Origin: Buchnera aphidicola (Neophyllaphis podocarpi) | GTDB taxonomy: Bacteria; Pseudomonadota; Gammaproteobacteria; Enterobacterales; Enterobacteriaceae | Direction: 5' to 3' | Assembly (NCBI RefSeq): GCF_964059055.1 | Contig: NZ_OZ060386.1 | Location: 450,001-482,000, forward strand | Length of the DNA stretch: 32,000 nt | Part shown: in pieces, positions 31,760 to 32,000 of the stretch | Layout of the letters: each line of letters begins with the position of its first letter | How positions within the stretch are numbered: position 1 is the stretch's first letter | Made by a program: the position numbers and the translations under genes | Notes under the pieces: model-generated | Told to the model about the DNA's origin: nothing | The model's input: only the letters and a program-made list of their open reading frames with translations | Databases searched by the model: none

Positions 31760-32000
31760 TTAAGAAATATAACAAACAACTTCACCGCCAATACCTTGTT
31801 TTCTAGCTTCTCTATCAGTCATAACACCTCTAGAAGTAGAAATTACTGCTATACCCAAGCCTTCTAATACTTTAGGTAATTTATGTTTATTTCTATAAAC
31901 ACGTAAACTAGGACAACTTACACGATTAATATTTTCTATAACAGGTTTATCATTAAAATATTTTAAATATATTTGAATTGATGGTTTCTTTTCACTGGAT
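31760..32000 (-). CDS. rpsH: 30S ribosomal protein S8, 3' part (partial; start lies beyond the window)
   Basis: The minus-strand frame is open from the window edge to TAA (tta at 31760-31762 on +). The tail ...[16 protein letters not shown] matches the E. coli S8 C-terminus ...AQAGLGGEIICYVA. Its position upstream of rplF is canonical. Confidence 0.88.
   Translation of the reverse strand, partial: SSEKKPSIQIYLKYFNDKPVIENINRVSCPSLRVYRNKHKLPKVLEGLGIAVISTSRGVMTDREARKQGIGGEVVCYIS

Overview
This window is extremely AT-rich outside its RNA genes and comes from a reduced gammaproteobacterial endosymbiont genome. Protein sequences are collinear with Enterobacterales homologues, and the gene order matches the Buchnera aphidicola-type arrangement. 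That order is tig(3' end)-clpP-clpX-lon-ppiD-mdlA-mdlB-ffs(antisense)-dnaX-ybaB-htpG-adk-tRNA-Arg(UCU)-folD on the + strand (ffs and the tRNA on -). It continues with cysS(-), ybeD(+), then on the - strand cspE, 5S, 23S, tRNA-Glu(UUC), aroE and tsaC. def-fmt follow on +, then the alpha/spc ribosomal-protein block on - (rplQ-rpoA-rpsD-rpsK-rpsM-rpmJ-secY-rplO-rpmD-rpsE-rplR-rplF-rpsH partial). Four features absent from the ORF track were added by reading the sequence: the tig 3' end, rpmJ, the rpsH 3' end and ffs. Four ORF-track starts were trimmed to the homologous start (rpsM, rplO, rplR, rplF). Every long ORF is accounted for by a housekeeping gene. I see no mobile element, CRISPR array, phage, toxin or defence gene, or unexplained operon, so I do not claim a novel system here. 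The observations worth a second look are genome-reduction and RNA-level features. They include a 16S-less tRNA-Glu-23S-5S unit with a consensus promoter, a retained spacer boxA and nested processing helices. There are also discrete AT-only hairpin expansions in 23S (including the helix-25 and helix-45 IVS hot spots) and an insertion in 5S loop C. Others are a gamma-only dnaX followed by an A-skewed spacer, a decayed but recognisable sigma-32 promoter at lon, CCA-less tRNA genes, many A9-A10 tracts in essential genes, and short repeated AT motifs in spacers. All homology statements rest on my memory of E. coli sequences and by-eye alignment, not on database searches.
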